Notes under the pieces: generated by a model | Database searches by the model: none | Told to the model about the DNA's origin: nothing | The model's input: only the letters and a program-made list of their open reading frames with translations | Program-made: the position numbers and the translations under genes | IMG/VR virus record: IMGVR_UViG_3300034012_003212 | Coordinates: 62,001-126,000 of that record | DNA length: 64,000 nucleotides | Reading direction: 5' to 3' (one strand) | Shown: piece by piece, positions 46,867 to 57,170 of the stretch | Numbering within the stretch: the first letter of the stretch is position 1 | Layout: each line of letters begins with the position of its first letter

Positions 46867-49800
46867 GAGTATTCCTCGAGAATGATAGTATTAAGTACGA
46901 TTCCAGATCCTTCTGCTATCCTATACCGTATCTGAAGGAATCCCGTTCTGCCTCCGACAACAGGGCCGAATGTCACACGCCTGTTGAATGTTGTGCTCAG
47001 GCCTGCATCGAGGGCGGCATCCCCTAATAGATTCGGCATCTCTGCCACATATGGGTCGTACGCATCATTGGCACTAACCCAATCAGTTCCATTGTCGCCG
47101 CTCAGTTTCACTTCCAGCTCCAGTCCAGGTGTCATCGTATTCGGAGAGTCCGGGTCGGAAAAATCTCCAGGAAAATTGCTTCCATTCAATGAAAGCACAA
47201 GATTCTGTATATTCTCGAGTTCTGGCATAAGTTCAGTGTCTATGTATTCCCATCCGTCTCCTTCTGTTACAGAATCGCTATTCACTATAACAACATTTCG
47301 GAATGCTATGCGAGCTGGATCGTCGTCTGCATTAAAATACCTGGTTCCTATTCTTACCCAAACAAGTCCCTTTCTTGCAGTGGTTCCAAATGTTATTCTG
47401 CGGAATAAAGGTCCTTGCGCAAAAGATGCATCTAATGCAGCATCACCATTTAAAGATGGATTAGGGTCAGATGGATCGTATGATTTATTTGCATCAAGCC
47501 ATCCAGTCTGCAGACCACTATCGGGATCATATAATTTCACCTGGAATGAAAAATCTCTAGACATCACAATCCCATCCCAATCCTCATTAATGTTATGTCC
47601 ATCAACTATTCTAAGCCTCACGAAGTGCGTCTCTACATCTATGTAACCTGCATAAAAAGTTGCATACCTATAATCATTATTAAGAAGATCGGGTATTCCT
47701 GAATAATCAGGAGGGAGTGGTGAAACTGGAGTCAAGGACTCATCTGCGTATATGTTAATACTTGAATAATCCAAATACGGGAAGAAATAATAACCACACT
47801 TGTCCTGACCTGTCAAGAAAGTCGCAACTCCTAATTGCAGTTCTTCTGTTGAGGAGAGGTCGTCCTGCGTTTCAACAGAACTATATGGTTTTCCCCATCC
47901 AGACGCCGTGTTATACATATACGGAACACCTCCCGTTGGAATTGTTCCAGAACCACTTGTATACCTGCCAGATGAAGGGACATATCCATTGTAATCGGTT
48001 GGATCAATTTCTGGTATTTCAGTTGTCTCTGATGCAACTATTAAGTCTGTTTCGTAGAGGGCATTTCCAATATCACTGACGTCTGTCCCCCTTGCATTGT
48101 ACGCAAGGAGATTGAAAGACAATGAATCACCACACGCCGATGAAGAAACAAATAGATCCACATCATCAAATGATAGCGTCTGATTAGAAGACCACGGTGA
48201 CCCCACGCTCGGAGCTCCCGTGCTAGTATCAGCATCGGTGAGACTAAACGGTTGAAAATCAGAGGTATTAGTACATTCTATGATCCTGTCTTTGTTATAG
48301 AAATAATTAACAGCATCATCCACATCTATCGACAGACGAACGCGATCACCGGTTCCAAGAACAGGAACCCCGGAGATATACTTATTAGATGTGAGTATTC
48401 CAAAAGGATTTGTCGTTGTTGTTATCGATGGAGTATTTAGATTCTCTACATAGAAATCGCACGTAGAATCAAGTCCAGCGTATTTAACGGCAAGTGTGTG
48501 CATTGTGCTAGAAGCGGATATAGAAGACATGGTCTCTACTCTCGCGGTAAATGCCGTGTATATGTCATTCTTCTGATCTATATTTTCATACGGATCAACT
48601 TTTGAAACAAGAAAAAGAACATCATCCTCTGATACAACTCTATTCGGGATATAGATTTCATACGAATCAAAGTCCCCGTTAAGTGAAGAAAATGGAGTGC
48701 TGTTATCTATTGGTATAGTCAGAACATTAGTTAGCCATGTAGCCGGAGTCTTTACCCTCACATAGAAGAAATTTGAAGGATCCGCCGTCTCTCTTATGAG
48801 CAAATACCTACCCTCTATGAGCATCGGGTGGTCCGATATATCATCGACAACAGAAATCTTTACACTCATGCTACCAGGTGTAACCACACTAGATGTGGAT
48901 ATGCCGTAATATGTCGGGATCTCGGGCGCATCAAAAAGAACATCGTCATCGTATGTATCCGTAGATTTAAATGTATCAACGTCGTACCAACCGAACATCA
49001 AGCAGTGGTTGTTCTTATCACGGAACGGCTTTCCATTAGGAGTTATGGCGATTGCCGGAGTATCGGAATCGTTTACGATATTCAGTTTCGTCAAACCGGT
49101 GAGCGCCTTTGCGGAAAAGCCCCCCATCGACTCCGACAGCTCGAGATCAAATGAACCAGCATCAAATGGTGCAGAAGGAGAGAGCTTTCCTATCATATCA
49201 TTGAGGTATGCTATCGAGTCTATCACTCGAGTTGTCGCATCCCATGATGTATAAAAACCGTCAGAAAATGAAGGAGCCCCTACAGACTGGGGGAACCCTA
49301 TATCAGAAAATGTGTCAACAGAAGACGTGCCCCCTCCCGTGCTACAGAATTCAACAAGATTTCCGGACGAAAGATCAGTCGCAAGTGAACTCGATGACTG
49401 ATATGTCTTCTTTACATAGTACATCGTGCCACAACCACCTGCCTTTGAGTAAAGCAATTGATTCTCAAACATGAGCGTGTTCTGTTGCCACTCAAAATTT
49501 GATTTCTGCCTACGGCGAATGAAATCGTTGACTGTGACAATCGGAAATGGGAATGTCGTGTAGAACGGCGATGTGAGTCCATCGGGATCCAATGGAGTTG
49601 CAGTTGCCGTGTCCATCTTGGCGTCAATCACCGAGAGAGGGTACAACTGGGTAGTTGACTGATTTAGATTAGCTGGGACATAAACAAGGCCAAGGAGAAA
49701 AGTGCCGCCTTCACAATTTTCATCAGGTTCTTCAACTATCGGTGGCCATATCTTCACCTCACCGCAACCGGCGTAATACTCTTCACCACGGACTACGGAA

Positions 49801-50255
49801 ATCTCAAGTTCATATAAACCCTCGGATTCGTTATATGTAGTTCCAGGTGAGGCCACAATTGCATCTATTCTAGGCCCCGGGGCACCGGAAGAACTTTCTA
49901 TAGTTATAGAACTAGGATTAGACAGCGAAGGGGTCTTATAAACATACGTGCGGCCTTTGAACCTAGCATATCCATCTGACACTGCTAAATAGGTTCCACT
50001 TGCACCAACGTTGGTGAGAACAAGACCAAAAAGTATTGCATTTTCTGTGTTTGGCTGGTATGAAGAATCACCGTCCTGGGTCCAAAGGGTGCCGCAGATT
50101 TCATTCAGTGCAAGTTCACCTGGATAAATGGAATTTTGCGTCCATTCTGGAGCATCATCAACGTGATTTGTGCCCTGAGGGGGTACGACAGGTCTCAATG
50201 AAGAAATGATCTTCTCTATCCTTCTAGAGAAGTTTGATTGCAGCTTCTTTGGCAT
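46863..50255 (-). CDS. Large virion structural protein with a duplicated C-terminal domain
   Basis: IYPGELALNEICGTLW N-terminal fibre motif; two copies of ..W..AN..YDP...GDAALDA...RR(I/V)TFG. Confidence 0.7.
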   Translation of the reverse strand: MPKKLQSNFSRRIEKIISSLRPVVPPQGTNHVDDAPEWTQNSIYPGELALNEICGTLWTQDGDSSYQPNTENAILFGLVLTNVGASGTYLAVSDGYARFKGRTYVYKTPSLSNPSSITIESSSGAPGPRIDAIVASPGTTYNESEGLYELEISVVRGEEYYAGCGEVKIWPPIVEEPDENCEGGTFLLGLVYVPANLNQSTTQLYPLSVIDAKMDTATATPLDPDGLTSPFYTTFPFPIVTVNDFIRRRQKSNFEWQQNTLMFENQLLYSKAGGCGTMYYVKKTYQSSSSLATDLSSGNLVEFCSTGGGTSSVDTFSDIGFPQSVGAPSFSDGFYTSWDATTRVIDSIAYLNDMIGKLSPSAPFDAGSFDLELSESMGGFSAKALTGLTKLNIVNDSDTPAIAITPNGKPFRDKNNHCLMFGWYDVDTFKSTDTYDDDVLFDAPEIPTYYGISTSSVVTPGSMSVKISVVDDISDHPMLIEGRYLLIRETADPSNFFYVRVKTPATWLTNVLTIPIDNSTPFSSLNGDFDSYEIYIPNRVVSEDDVLFLVSKVDPYENIDQKNDIYTAFTARVETMSSISASSTMHTLAVKYAGLDSTCDFYVENLNTPSITTTTNPFGILTSNKYISGVPVLGTGDRVRLSIDVDDAVNYFYNKDRIIECTNTSDFQPFSLTDADTSTGAPSVGSPWSSNQTLSFDDVDLFVSSSACGDSLSFNLLAYNARGTDVSDIGNALYETDLIVASETTEIPEIDPTDYNGYVPSSGRYTSGSGTIPTGGVPYMYNTASGWGKPYSSVETQDDLSSTEELQLGVATFLTGQDKCGYYFFPYLDYSSINIYADESLTPVSPLPPDYSGIPDLLNNDYRYATFYAGYIDVETHFVRLRIVDGHNINEDWDGIVMSRDFSFQVKLYDPDSGLQTGWLDANKSYDPSDPNPSLNGDAALDASFAQGPLFRRITFGTTARKGLVWVRIGTRYFNADDDPARIAFRNVVIVNSDSVTEGDGWEYIDTELMPELENIQNLVLSLNGSNFPGDFSDPDSPNTMTPGLELEVKLSGDNGTDWVSANDAYDPYVAEMPNLLGDAALDAGLSTTFNRRVTFGPVVGGRTGFLQIRYRIAEGSGIVLNTIILEEYS

Positions 50256-50439
50256 CTCAGAATATATTTGTCCTATATATTCTATGACATCACATAAAGA
50301 TGCTGGATGTGATCTATTTTAAGCTTGGGGTGATTTTCTTGTAAAAAAATCTAGCAGATCACAAATCTATATGGGGTTATGATAACGACTTCTCGTTTAC
50401 AGACTGGCGTGCAAGAATAATAACGCGCAATGCGCATTA

Positions 50440-50865
50440 TCACGCACCGACTATTATGTTTATAGTCACATCAGTATCAAGCTCATTTCGTAAATAGATC
50501 GTATCTATAGGCAAAGCATCGGTTCCGGATAGGCTTAATATGGATCCTACTGAATGCCAATCTGATTGATCGAACGACCAGCTGATAACTTTCTCAGAAT
50601 CAGATAGTGAGGAATCGTATGAGGTCAAAAGGAAAAGTATCGAGGGTGATTGTAAGTTTCCATAGGAAACTTCAAATGAACTCGTCGAAGCGGGAAGGAT
50701 GAATGAGGTAAATAAACTATCCTCAACGGGGACGAAAAAGGATTTAAGGGAAAGTTGTTGCTCTGTTGCACCTCCCTTTATTGCGGCTATACGGTCGCAT
50801 AAAAATACTATCCTCTTTTGGGATAATGAATCAAGGCCGTCATAACAAGGATTAGTGTAACTCAT
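50440..50865 (-). CDS. Hypothetical beta-rich protein
   Basis: 141-aa ORF. Confidence 0.6.
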   Translation of the reverse strand: MSYTNPCYDGLDSLSQKRIVFLCDRIAAIKGGATEQQLSLKSFFVPVEDSLFTSFILPASTSSFEVSYGNLQSPSILFLLTSYDSSLSDSEKVISWSFDQSDWHSVGSILSLSGTDALPIDTIYLRNELDTDVTINIIVGA

Positions 50866-50870
50866 TTGTT

Positions 50871-51632
50871 TTAATATTTTATCTTCGCGTTTCCTATAAC
50901 GCGGGTCTTTTTCCTTCTAGGTTCTTGTGGATTATCATCGGATTCATCGTAGGGATTATCTATTCCATACGAATCACCATCGGAAAAACTTTCTTCGTGC
51001 ACTTCCTCTTCGGAGGTGTTTTCATCTTGAGCTGCATTTTCATCTTGAGCGACAACATCAGTAGTAGTATCATTTATTTCAACATTCGGTACTACTTCAT
51101 TTGATTCTTCTACCATAGAATCTTCAGCTTCTACCTTGACCTGTTCCTTTTCCCCTGTATTCTTTTTTCCCAACTTTAAATAATCCATGTTTGACTTAAG
51201 GAAGAATAGGGCTATAAGAGGAATGGGTATTCCTATTATACAGGAAAGGAAGAGCTTAGCATCCTTTATGTCGTCCCCTGTTATGAACGAGAACAGCTCA
51301 TTAAATGTTGTGAGAAAGTTCTGATTCGACAACAGCTGCACACTCGTGAACGTGTACGAATAATAGACATTTCCGATTATCTGAAGTGCAGATAGCACGA
51401 AAAAGATGAACCATATCGCATAGGAATTTATCCTATCGATCACAGAAATGGCAAGCAAACTGGCAATCGATCCAAGCTCGAATGTTATAGCAAGAAGGAT
51501 CGACAGCCAGATAGGATTTCCTAGATTAAAAAGGTCCACCAAATGGACCATGGATATTGCAGAAGATATGGCAGGAACGGATAAAAACGTACCTATCACA
51601 AGTTTGCGCAATAGCGTATTATTTCTTGTCAT
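50871..51632 (-). CDS. Multi-pass membrane protein with an acidic C-terminal tail (holin-like candidate)
   Basis: Four hydrophobic segments followed by an E/D-rich tail. Confidence 0.6.
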   Translation of the reverse strand: MTRNNTLLRKLVIGTFLSVPAISSAISMVHLVDLFNLGNPIWLSILLAITFELGSIASLLAISVIDRINSYAIWFIFFVLSALQIIGNVYYSYTFTSVQLLSNQNFLTTFNELFSFITGDDIKDAKLFLSCIIGIPIPLIALFFLKSNMDYLKLGKKNTGEKEQVKVEAEDSMVEESNEVVPNVEINDTTTDVVAQDENAAQDENTSEEEVHEESFSDGDSYGIDNPYDESDDNPQEPRRKKTRVIGNAKIKY

Positions 51633-51915
51633 CTTTTGATATTTTTAATCGTATTTCTGAGAGACTTGTCTTCTTTTTGTCCAAATCATCTTCAAAAATC
51701 AAAAAATCGTACAGTCTCTCGGAAACTATTCTATCAATATCTTGCTTCGTTGGTGCAGCATTAGCAGTCTCTATACTATCCCGGATCTCAATCTCTTTTG
51801 TGAGCTTGTTTATCGCGCTGGTCTGCGAACAACTCCTAAAGAACAACAACATCATAATGGATATGAGAATTATTGTTCCGTATGTATCAACCAATTTTAC
51901 TACAGCATTTTTCAT
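51619..51915 (-). CDS. Single-pass membrane / signal-anchored coiled-coil protein
   Basis: GTIILISIMMLLFFRSCS followed by a coiled coil. Confidence 0.6.
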   Translation of the reverse strand: MKNAVVKLVDTYGTIILISIMMLLFFRSCSQTSAINKLTKEIEIRDSIETANAAPTKQDIDRIVSERLYDFLIFEDDLDKKKTSLSEIRLKISKDDKK

Positions 51916-51916
51916 A

Positions 51917-52216
51917 TTAATTCTTTCTCCTCTCTATCAAATTTTTTATTGAACTGTGCTTGACATCTGTAACAACCTTAATAAAATTGTCCTGGTCTAT
52001 TGTAGCACCCTTTTGTAGCAAATTAGGAGGAATGAGCATACCAACTGACTTAATGATAGAATCAATTGCTATGTTCAGATCCTCCTCTTGCTTTTTTCCA
52101 TCTTCTACGTCCTGGATTATCTGATTTATCTCATTGAGAATGAACAAATTGCTTAGGTATGAACGAAAAACATTATTACAGTTCAAACTATTGAGTAGTT
52201 CATTTAATCCAAACAT
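51917..52216 (-). CDS. Hypothetical protein
   Basis: 99-aa ORF, tightly tiled. Confidence 0.55.
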   Translation of the reverse strand: MFGLNELLNSLNCNNVFRSYLSNLFILNEINQIIQDVEDGKKQEEDLNIAIDSIIKSVGMLIPPNLLQKGATIDQDNFIKVVTDVKHSSIKNLIERRKN

Positions 52217-52230
52217 ATCAGCTCCAATTG

Positions 52231-52791
52231 TTAGTTCTCTTCATCAAACTCGATTAATTCATCGGGGTCCAACAGTCCCATTATCTTGGCATTCAGTTTA
52301 TCAAGATACGATTGAACTTTTGACTTCCTAACCATTGCTTCGTTCAGACAGATGAGAACGGGCTCAACGATTGCTGCAAGTTTTAATGCAGAATTGTATC
52401 CAGTTCCTGTCGCCTTCTGAAGATAATAATACAGAGCTTCTAAGTGTATGTTGGTCATGCCAAAATTATACTCATCGCTCTGAAGTGTGGCTGATTCTTC
52501 CTTTGCTTCTTTCAAAGCATTGTGTAAACGAATAACGCCTAGCGCATCCTTTCCATCGTACTTTACATCATTTTCAATGAAATTAAGGCATTTTGTTACA
52601 AATGACCTTTCAGTTGAAACTATGTATTTCCTTTCATCGAAATTCTTGGAAACAACTTGAATTTGTTCCCGCAACTCAGAAATCTCAGACTCGCTAAGAG
52701 TCCTAAAATTCTTCGTTTCCTCGGTTGAAGCATCACTTGTTGTGATAATTTCTCCCTCTATAGCATCAACTTGTGCTATCTCTTCTCTCAT
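52231..52791 (-). CDS. Hypothetical helical protein
   Basis: 186-aa ORF. Confidence 0.65.
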   Translation of the reverse strand: MREEIAQVDAIEGEIITTSDASTEETKNFRTLSESEISELREQIQVVSKNFDERKYIVSTERSFVTKCLNFIENDVKYDGKDALGVIRLHNALKEAKEESATLQSDEYNFGMTNIHLEALYYYLQKATGTGYNSALKLAAIVEPVLICLNEAMVRKSKVQSYLDKLNAKIMGLLDPDELIEFDEEN

Positions 52792-53557
52792 ACAGTACCT
52801 CGTAATTAAATGATGAATGAAACTTGTTCAATAACTCTTTGAACCCATTAAAGTATATATCTCTATCTTTGCGCAACAACTCAAAAATCTGAAGTCCAGT
52901 CTTATCATTACATATTAAGATCTGGGATTTTTCTACCTCCATCTCATACATCTCCTCGTATGCGACCATGTATGCCGCAACTTGCATGAAGTATGTCTCA
53001 ATCTCGTCCTCTGTTTTTTCCCTACTCGATGATTTATAGTCTCGAATTATGACAGAATTCTCAGTGAAATATGAACAATCACACGTTCCGGCGAACTTAT
53101 GTTCCAATGAAAACAGAGGTTCTTCCAATCCAGATATGAACTTAAAGTCGGATAAAAACTTAGGGGAATTGTAGTAAAAGTAGAATAGTTTTCTCCCCTT
53201 GGCTATAGTATCACGGCTGAATCCTTTTTCAGTTAGGCTTGTTGGAACTAATTCCTGCGTTTTCTGAAGTGCACTATTTTTATTGTGTGATATGTTGTAT
53301 TCTCGCATGAATACCTCGAGGAATTCATGCATGCACGTACCACGATCTGCTGCAGCCTTTGCTATAGACTTACTCGCTTCTTCTCCTACTGATAATTTCC
53401 ATTGCTCTAATTTTGGATTAGGTAGGAGGGATGTAACTGTTGTTACTGAAGGAAAATATAACCAGTTAAGACCAGTTCGGGTGTATTCGTTTATCTTGTA
53501 GAAACGCTTCCCATCTATCTCTTCACGGCCGTCGTAGAGATACTTATTTTGATACAT
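52766..53557 (-). CDS. PD-(D/E)XK exonuclease (T4-like/Cas4-like fold)
   Basis: FPSVTTV...RGTCMHEFLE...EEPL...FAGTCDC...IRDYKSS...QVAAY. Confidence 0.85.
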   Translation of the reverse strand: MYQNKYLYDGREEIDGKRFYKINEYTRTGLNWLYFPSVTTVTSLLPNPKLEQWKLSVGEEASKSIAKAAADRGTCMHEFLEVFMREYNISHNKNSALQKTQELVPTSLTEKGFSRDTIAKGRKLFYFYYNSPKFLSDFKFISGLEEPLFSLEHKFAGTCDCSYFTENSVIIRDYKSSSREKTEDEIETYFMQVAAYMVAYEEMYEMEVEKSQILICNDKTGLQIFELLRKDRDIYFNGFKELLNKFHSSFNYEVLYERRDSTS

Positions 53558-54023
53558 ATGTACTAAAAAAATATTTTAGGTAAGGAAAAGACCATATAAT
53601 AAAACAAGCGAATATGACCCTTCTCACAAACCACCAGAACCCTATCTCGTACATTAACGGTGAAAATTTGATGAGATATGAATTCGTTTCTTCGATTCTT
53701 TCGACGGTTGGCATTATGATTTCCGATAGGTTATTGTCAACCAACCAGTTTATCATAGGTTTTATCCTATCGAGAACAAGAGTTTTTTGCACGTCATTGG
53801 GGAGGCTTTGTTCTTCAAATGGAACGGACCTCACTGTGTACATTCTACCTACCCAGTCATGGCGTAAATTGAACTCAAGCCATTTTTCATTTCCCCTGTT
53901 TTTCCGTATGAATAGCCAGATGTAAACGTAGAAATAAATGTCCTTAAGTCCAGTTTTTAGCAAAAAAATATTTATCATTCTCTGAATTCTCCGAGTATAG
54001 TCAGATGCTCTTCCATTCATCAT
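53544..54023 (-). CDS. Hypothetical protein with a C-terminal transmembrane segment
   Basis: 159-aa ORF; IGFWWFVRRVIFACFIIWSF. Confidence 0.55.
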   Translation of the reverse strand: MMNGRASDYTRRIQRMINIFLLKTGLKDIYFYVYIWLFIRKNRGNEKWLEFNLRHDWVGRMYTVRSVPFEEQSLPNDVQKTLVLDRIKPMINWLVDNNLSEIIMPTVERIEETNSYLIKFSPLMYEIGFWWFVRRVIFACFIIWSFPYLKYFFSTYVSK

Positions 54024-54669
54024 ATAAATGCTGCAATCTATTTTTCAAGATTCGTCTTCCCTTATGAATGTATATCTTGCACTTGGGCATGTCTAGTTTA
54101 TACTTTTCTGCAAGATCCTTGTAACTCATCTTGTGGACTTCCCGATCCCAAATTATCCCCTTGTATCTATCATCAAGCTCTCGTATTTCTTTTATTACTG
54201 ATCGAATGAGGTATCTGAGGGCATCGTTTTTTATCTGTTTATCCGCATCGGGATTATCAATGTACTGATCCTTGACAGAAGATTCTATAAACATCTTAGC
54301 CTGAGACTGAGACGAATCCGAAGATCCTGCGGTGTGTGTTAATTCACCGTTGTTCATGGAAACTTCTTTGTATTTTTTCTTTTTACTCAGCTTGATAAGA
54401 GCTTCATTTTTTGCTATGGTATAAGACCATGTAGAAAATTTGAAGTATTCATTATAGCTGTCAATATTTATAAATATCTTCAGTAATGCATCACTGACGC
54501 AATCTTCCACGTCCATGTGTGAAAGTTCATTCGCTGCATTATAGTATTTATTTATAAAGAACTGAAAACGAGGCTTGAGCTCATTGTACAAAATGATGTA
54601 ATTCTCATGCGTCCTCGTGTTGAAATACTGCATGCCCAATTGCTGCAGATCTCTACCTTCTCTTCTCAT
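54001..54669 (-). CDS. ECF-type sigma-70 family RNA polymerase sigma factor
   Basis: Region 2 DVEDCVSDALLKIF...KFSTWSYTIAKN; region 4 MSYKDLAEKYKL...KIYIHKGRRILK. Likely start MRREG at 54669. Confidence 0.85.
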   Translation of the reverse strand: MRREGRDLQQLGMQYFNTRTHENYIILYNELKPRFQFFINKYYNAANELSHMDVEDCVSDALLKIFINIDSYNEYFKFSTWSYTIAKNEALIKLSKKKKYKEVSMNNGELTHTAGSSDSSQSQAKMFIESSVKDQYIDNPDADKQIKNDALRYLIRSVIKEIRELDDRYKGIIWDREVHKMSYKDLAEKYKLDMPKCKIYIHKGRRILKNRLQHLYDEWKSI

Positions 54670-55189
54670 TATATTCCTCCAAAATATAAGGGTAGTGATT
54701 ATGGAAATCACTGAAACTTCCGTGTCTTATCTTTAGCTTATCGGAATTTAAGACTGCGAGATGACGAATATCTCGATACTCTTCTTTCCAGTATATGCAC
54801 TTAAATCCTGAATTTATGAGGATTTTCATACATACTTCGCATGGAGAGTGTGTTAGAAGAACGACATAATCCTCTGGATTGTGTTCGTTGAACTTTGCAA
54901 CAAGATTCATTTCTGCATGGACAAACCCACTAGATCCGGATTCGAGGGAATTCTCCTCGCCGGACGTTGCTGGATTTATTTCAGCTCCTGGATATGAACC
55001 GTTGTAACCAAAACTGCCAATCTTTGAAAAGTCTTTTTTCAGTGCAATTGCACCAACCTTCAAAGTCTTTGAAACAGAAAGGCTTGCAATCTGACAAACA
55101 AAGTCAGTGAAAACATCTATCTTCTGGGACTTCCTCTTTGAACCCATGATCGAATCAACTTCCGTGGATGGTCTGAACTCGCTGCTCAT
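54653..55189 (-). CDS. dCMP deaminase
   Basis: KVGAI...GYNG...HAEMN...THSPCEVCMK (zinc-binding HAE and PCxxC). Confidence 0.9.
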   Translation of the reverse strand: MSSEFRPSTEVDSIMGSKRKSQKIDVFTDFVCQIASLSVSKTLKVGAIALKKDFSKIGSFGYNGSYPGAEINPATSGEENSLESGSSGFVHAEMNLVAKFNEHNPEDYVVLLTHSPCEVCMKILINSGFKCIYWKEEYRDIRHLAVLNSDKLKIRHGSFSDFHNHYPYILEEYNEKRR

Positions 55190-55228
55190 TGCAAATATAA
55201 CAAAGATTGCTTCGAGAAAAAAATATTT

Positions 55229-56995
55229 TTATCGACCTTCGTTCAAAAATCCTGATAGCGTGATGTTCTTAGCTATTTCCGCACCAAGTTTCTTTATCGA
55301 AGAAAGAGAAAGCTCAACTACATTAGAGGGAACGATCGTGGGATTGTTGATGTTCATCGGAGAAAAGACATTCGTGTTTTCTTCCTTTGAGGGTTCTGTT
55401 TTAGAAAATTCTGGATTGACGAATGTCACACTTTCCTTTGCATTGAAGGGCGGTGATGCAGATTCTTCAGTGGAAACATTATTGGTTATACTCATCGGCT
55501 GTATGTTTGTTACAGAAGTTTGTATAGCCTGCGATATATTTTCTGCCAGTTCCTTTGATGTTATTTTTTCGGTGGCTTCGCTCTCTCGGGTAATCATCCT
55601 CTCAACCGCATTGAAGAATGTTTCAGTTCTTGGCGTTATGACTATACTAGGAGTGGATTGAGGTGCTTCTCCGGTCGCAACTTCTCTAGTAGTGGAACCG
55701 CCTTCCACATACGAAGAGGAATTGTTAAGATCCATAGATCGTATGGATTCGATGATTCTGTCTTTGATCAAATTGGTCGATGTTCTCTCTGAGGTTCTAA
55801 TCTCTGGAGATTGAGATTCAACAAAGGGGATGCTTGTTGAATTTGAGATCATGTCATTCTGCAATACGCTGGTGCTGATCTTCTCTACTTCATTCAAAAT
55901 AGGAATAGTGCTTTCGATCACCTTAGTTTTTTCAATGAGCTGATTCAAAGAAGATGACAGGGTATCTTTGCTCGTCTGGATCCTTTCACTCGTTCCAGGA
56001 TATTGCTCAACAGGTGTGGTGACTATATTCTCTGTCGCTTCCCTGACTTCGGACGATGATTTTTCTAACATTCGTTCAAGTGAAGACGAAACATCTCTCA
56101 TCTGTGAAGTTGTTTCCACCGCAGTCTCGGCTTTTTTCTCGGTTGTTATTGCATTGAAGAGGGAAGAAAAAGTATTCTGCACTCCATCGATAATACGCTC
56201 CTTTAGAACGGATGCAACAGGTAACACATTGAGTGATCCACCCGGGAGCTGTTGCACAACTTCTTTTGTTGTTTCTAACGTCTTAGAAAAAACTTGATTC
56301 TCTGCCCCAAACGATGTTTTTGAATTTGATATAAACTCCTGCAGACTGTTCCCCGACTCCTTTTCCGTGTTCCTTTCTACTATGTTAGATATTACGCTCT
56401 GTATGAAGTTTTCAGTCTTTGATGCTATCTGATTTGTGAGCTCCGACGATTCAGTTGAAGTTGTGCTAGTCGATTCCCTTTCCCCGGGAACTGAAAATAT
56501 CCTGGTTTCTATAGGTTGCACTGAAGAAACTTGGGGTTCTACTACTGGAGCTTCTGCTGATCTTTCATTCGCCTGAACGTTTACATTGACGGTTATTTCC
56601 GGGGGGAATTGTTGTACGATTGGACCTGTTTCCCTAACTATAGGCTGCTGGGTCTCAGGTTTGGCCTTTTGTTCTAGAACTGTGGTCTTAGAAGGAGCTG
56701 ATGAAATCTCTCGTTGTTCGAGTATCTTTCCATACTGTTTCTCTACATTCTTTACACTGATCTCGCTTGACTTCTTTTTCGCAATGATGTAATCATCTTC
56801 CTTTTTCTCAAAGGATACATCAAAATCAAGCATGGCAGAATTCAGGTACTCGACTGCATCTGATTCGCCGTCGTATGAATACACAGCAGATTGGATCGCA
56901 TCCAATTCATCCTGTGAAAACACGGAATCACTCGATGCTTTTACCACGAGCTGGTCATCACTACTGGAGGCTAAGATGATGTTTTCTTCATCCAT
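55229..56995 (-). CDS. Probable tape measure / gp29-like protein (S/T/E-rich, low complexity)
   Basis: 588 aa, at the canonical position after sheath-tube-chaperones; assignment by synteny only. Confidence 0.45.
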   Translation of the reverse strand: MDEENIILASSSDDQLVVKASSDSVFSQDELDAIQSAVYSYDGESDAVEYLNSAMLDFDVSFEKKEDDYIIAKKKSSEISVKNVEKQYGKILEQREISSAPSKTTVLEQKAKPETQQPIVRETGPIVQQFPPEITVNVNVQANERSAEAPVVEPQVSSVQPIETRIFSVPGERESTSTTSTESSELTNQIASKTENFIQSVISNIVERNTEKESGNSLQEFISNSKTSFGAENQVFSKTLETTKEVVQQLPGGSLNVLPVASVLKERIIDGVQNTFSSLFNAITTEKKAETAVETTSQMRDVSSSLERMLEKSSSEVREATENIVTTPVEQYPGTSERIQTSKDTLSSSLNQLIEKTKVIESTIPILNEVEKISTSVLQNDMISNSTSIPFVESQSPEIRTSERTSTNLIKDRIIESIRSMDLNNSSSYVEGGSTTREVATGEAPQSTPSIVITPRTETFFNAVERMITRESEATEKITSKELAENISQAIQTSVTNIQPMSITNNVSTEESASPPFNAKESVTFVNPEFSKTEPSKEENTNVFSPMNINNPTIVPSNVVELSLSSIKKLGAEIAKNITLSGFLNEGR

Positions 56996-56998
56996 ATT

Positions 56999-57170
56999 TT
57001 ATAGTATCTTTTTTGTTCCCAGCTTCGCTTCTTCGATCTTATCAAGAAGTTCAAGGTAATTTTCAAGAAGTGTCTGGTACTCATAGAATGGCATGGATTC
57101 TATTCCTGTACTGCTGAGATTCAACTTCATGTACAACAACATCTTTGTGTTCAGAAAATCCGATAGATCA
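56999..57170 (-). CDS. gp51: gp51-like small tail-chaperone domain; start uncertain, possibly reached by frameshift
   Basis: FQIDLSDFLNTKMLLYMKLNLSSTGIESMPFYEYQTLLENYL resembles T4-like gp51 (..TELENMMPWERxxY..L). First ATG is at 57142. Confidence 0.6.

Noticed and set aside
52766-53557. Cas4 / CRISPR system
   Set aside because: No cas neighbours or array, and no four-Cys Fe-S motif; an ordinary phage PD-(D/E)XK exonuclease.
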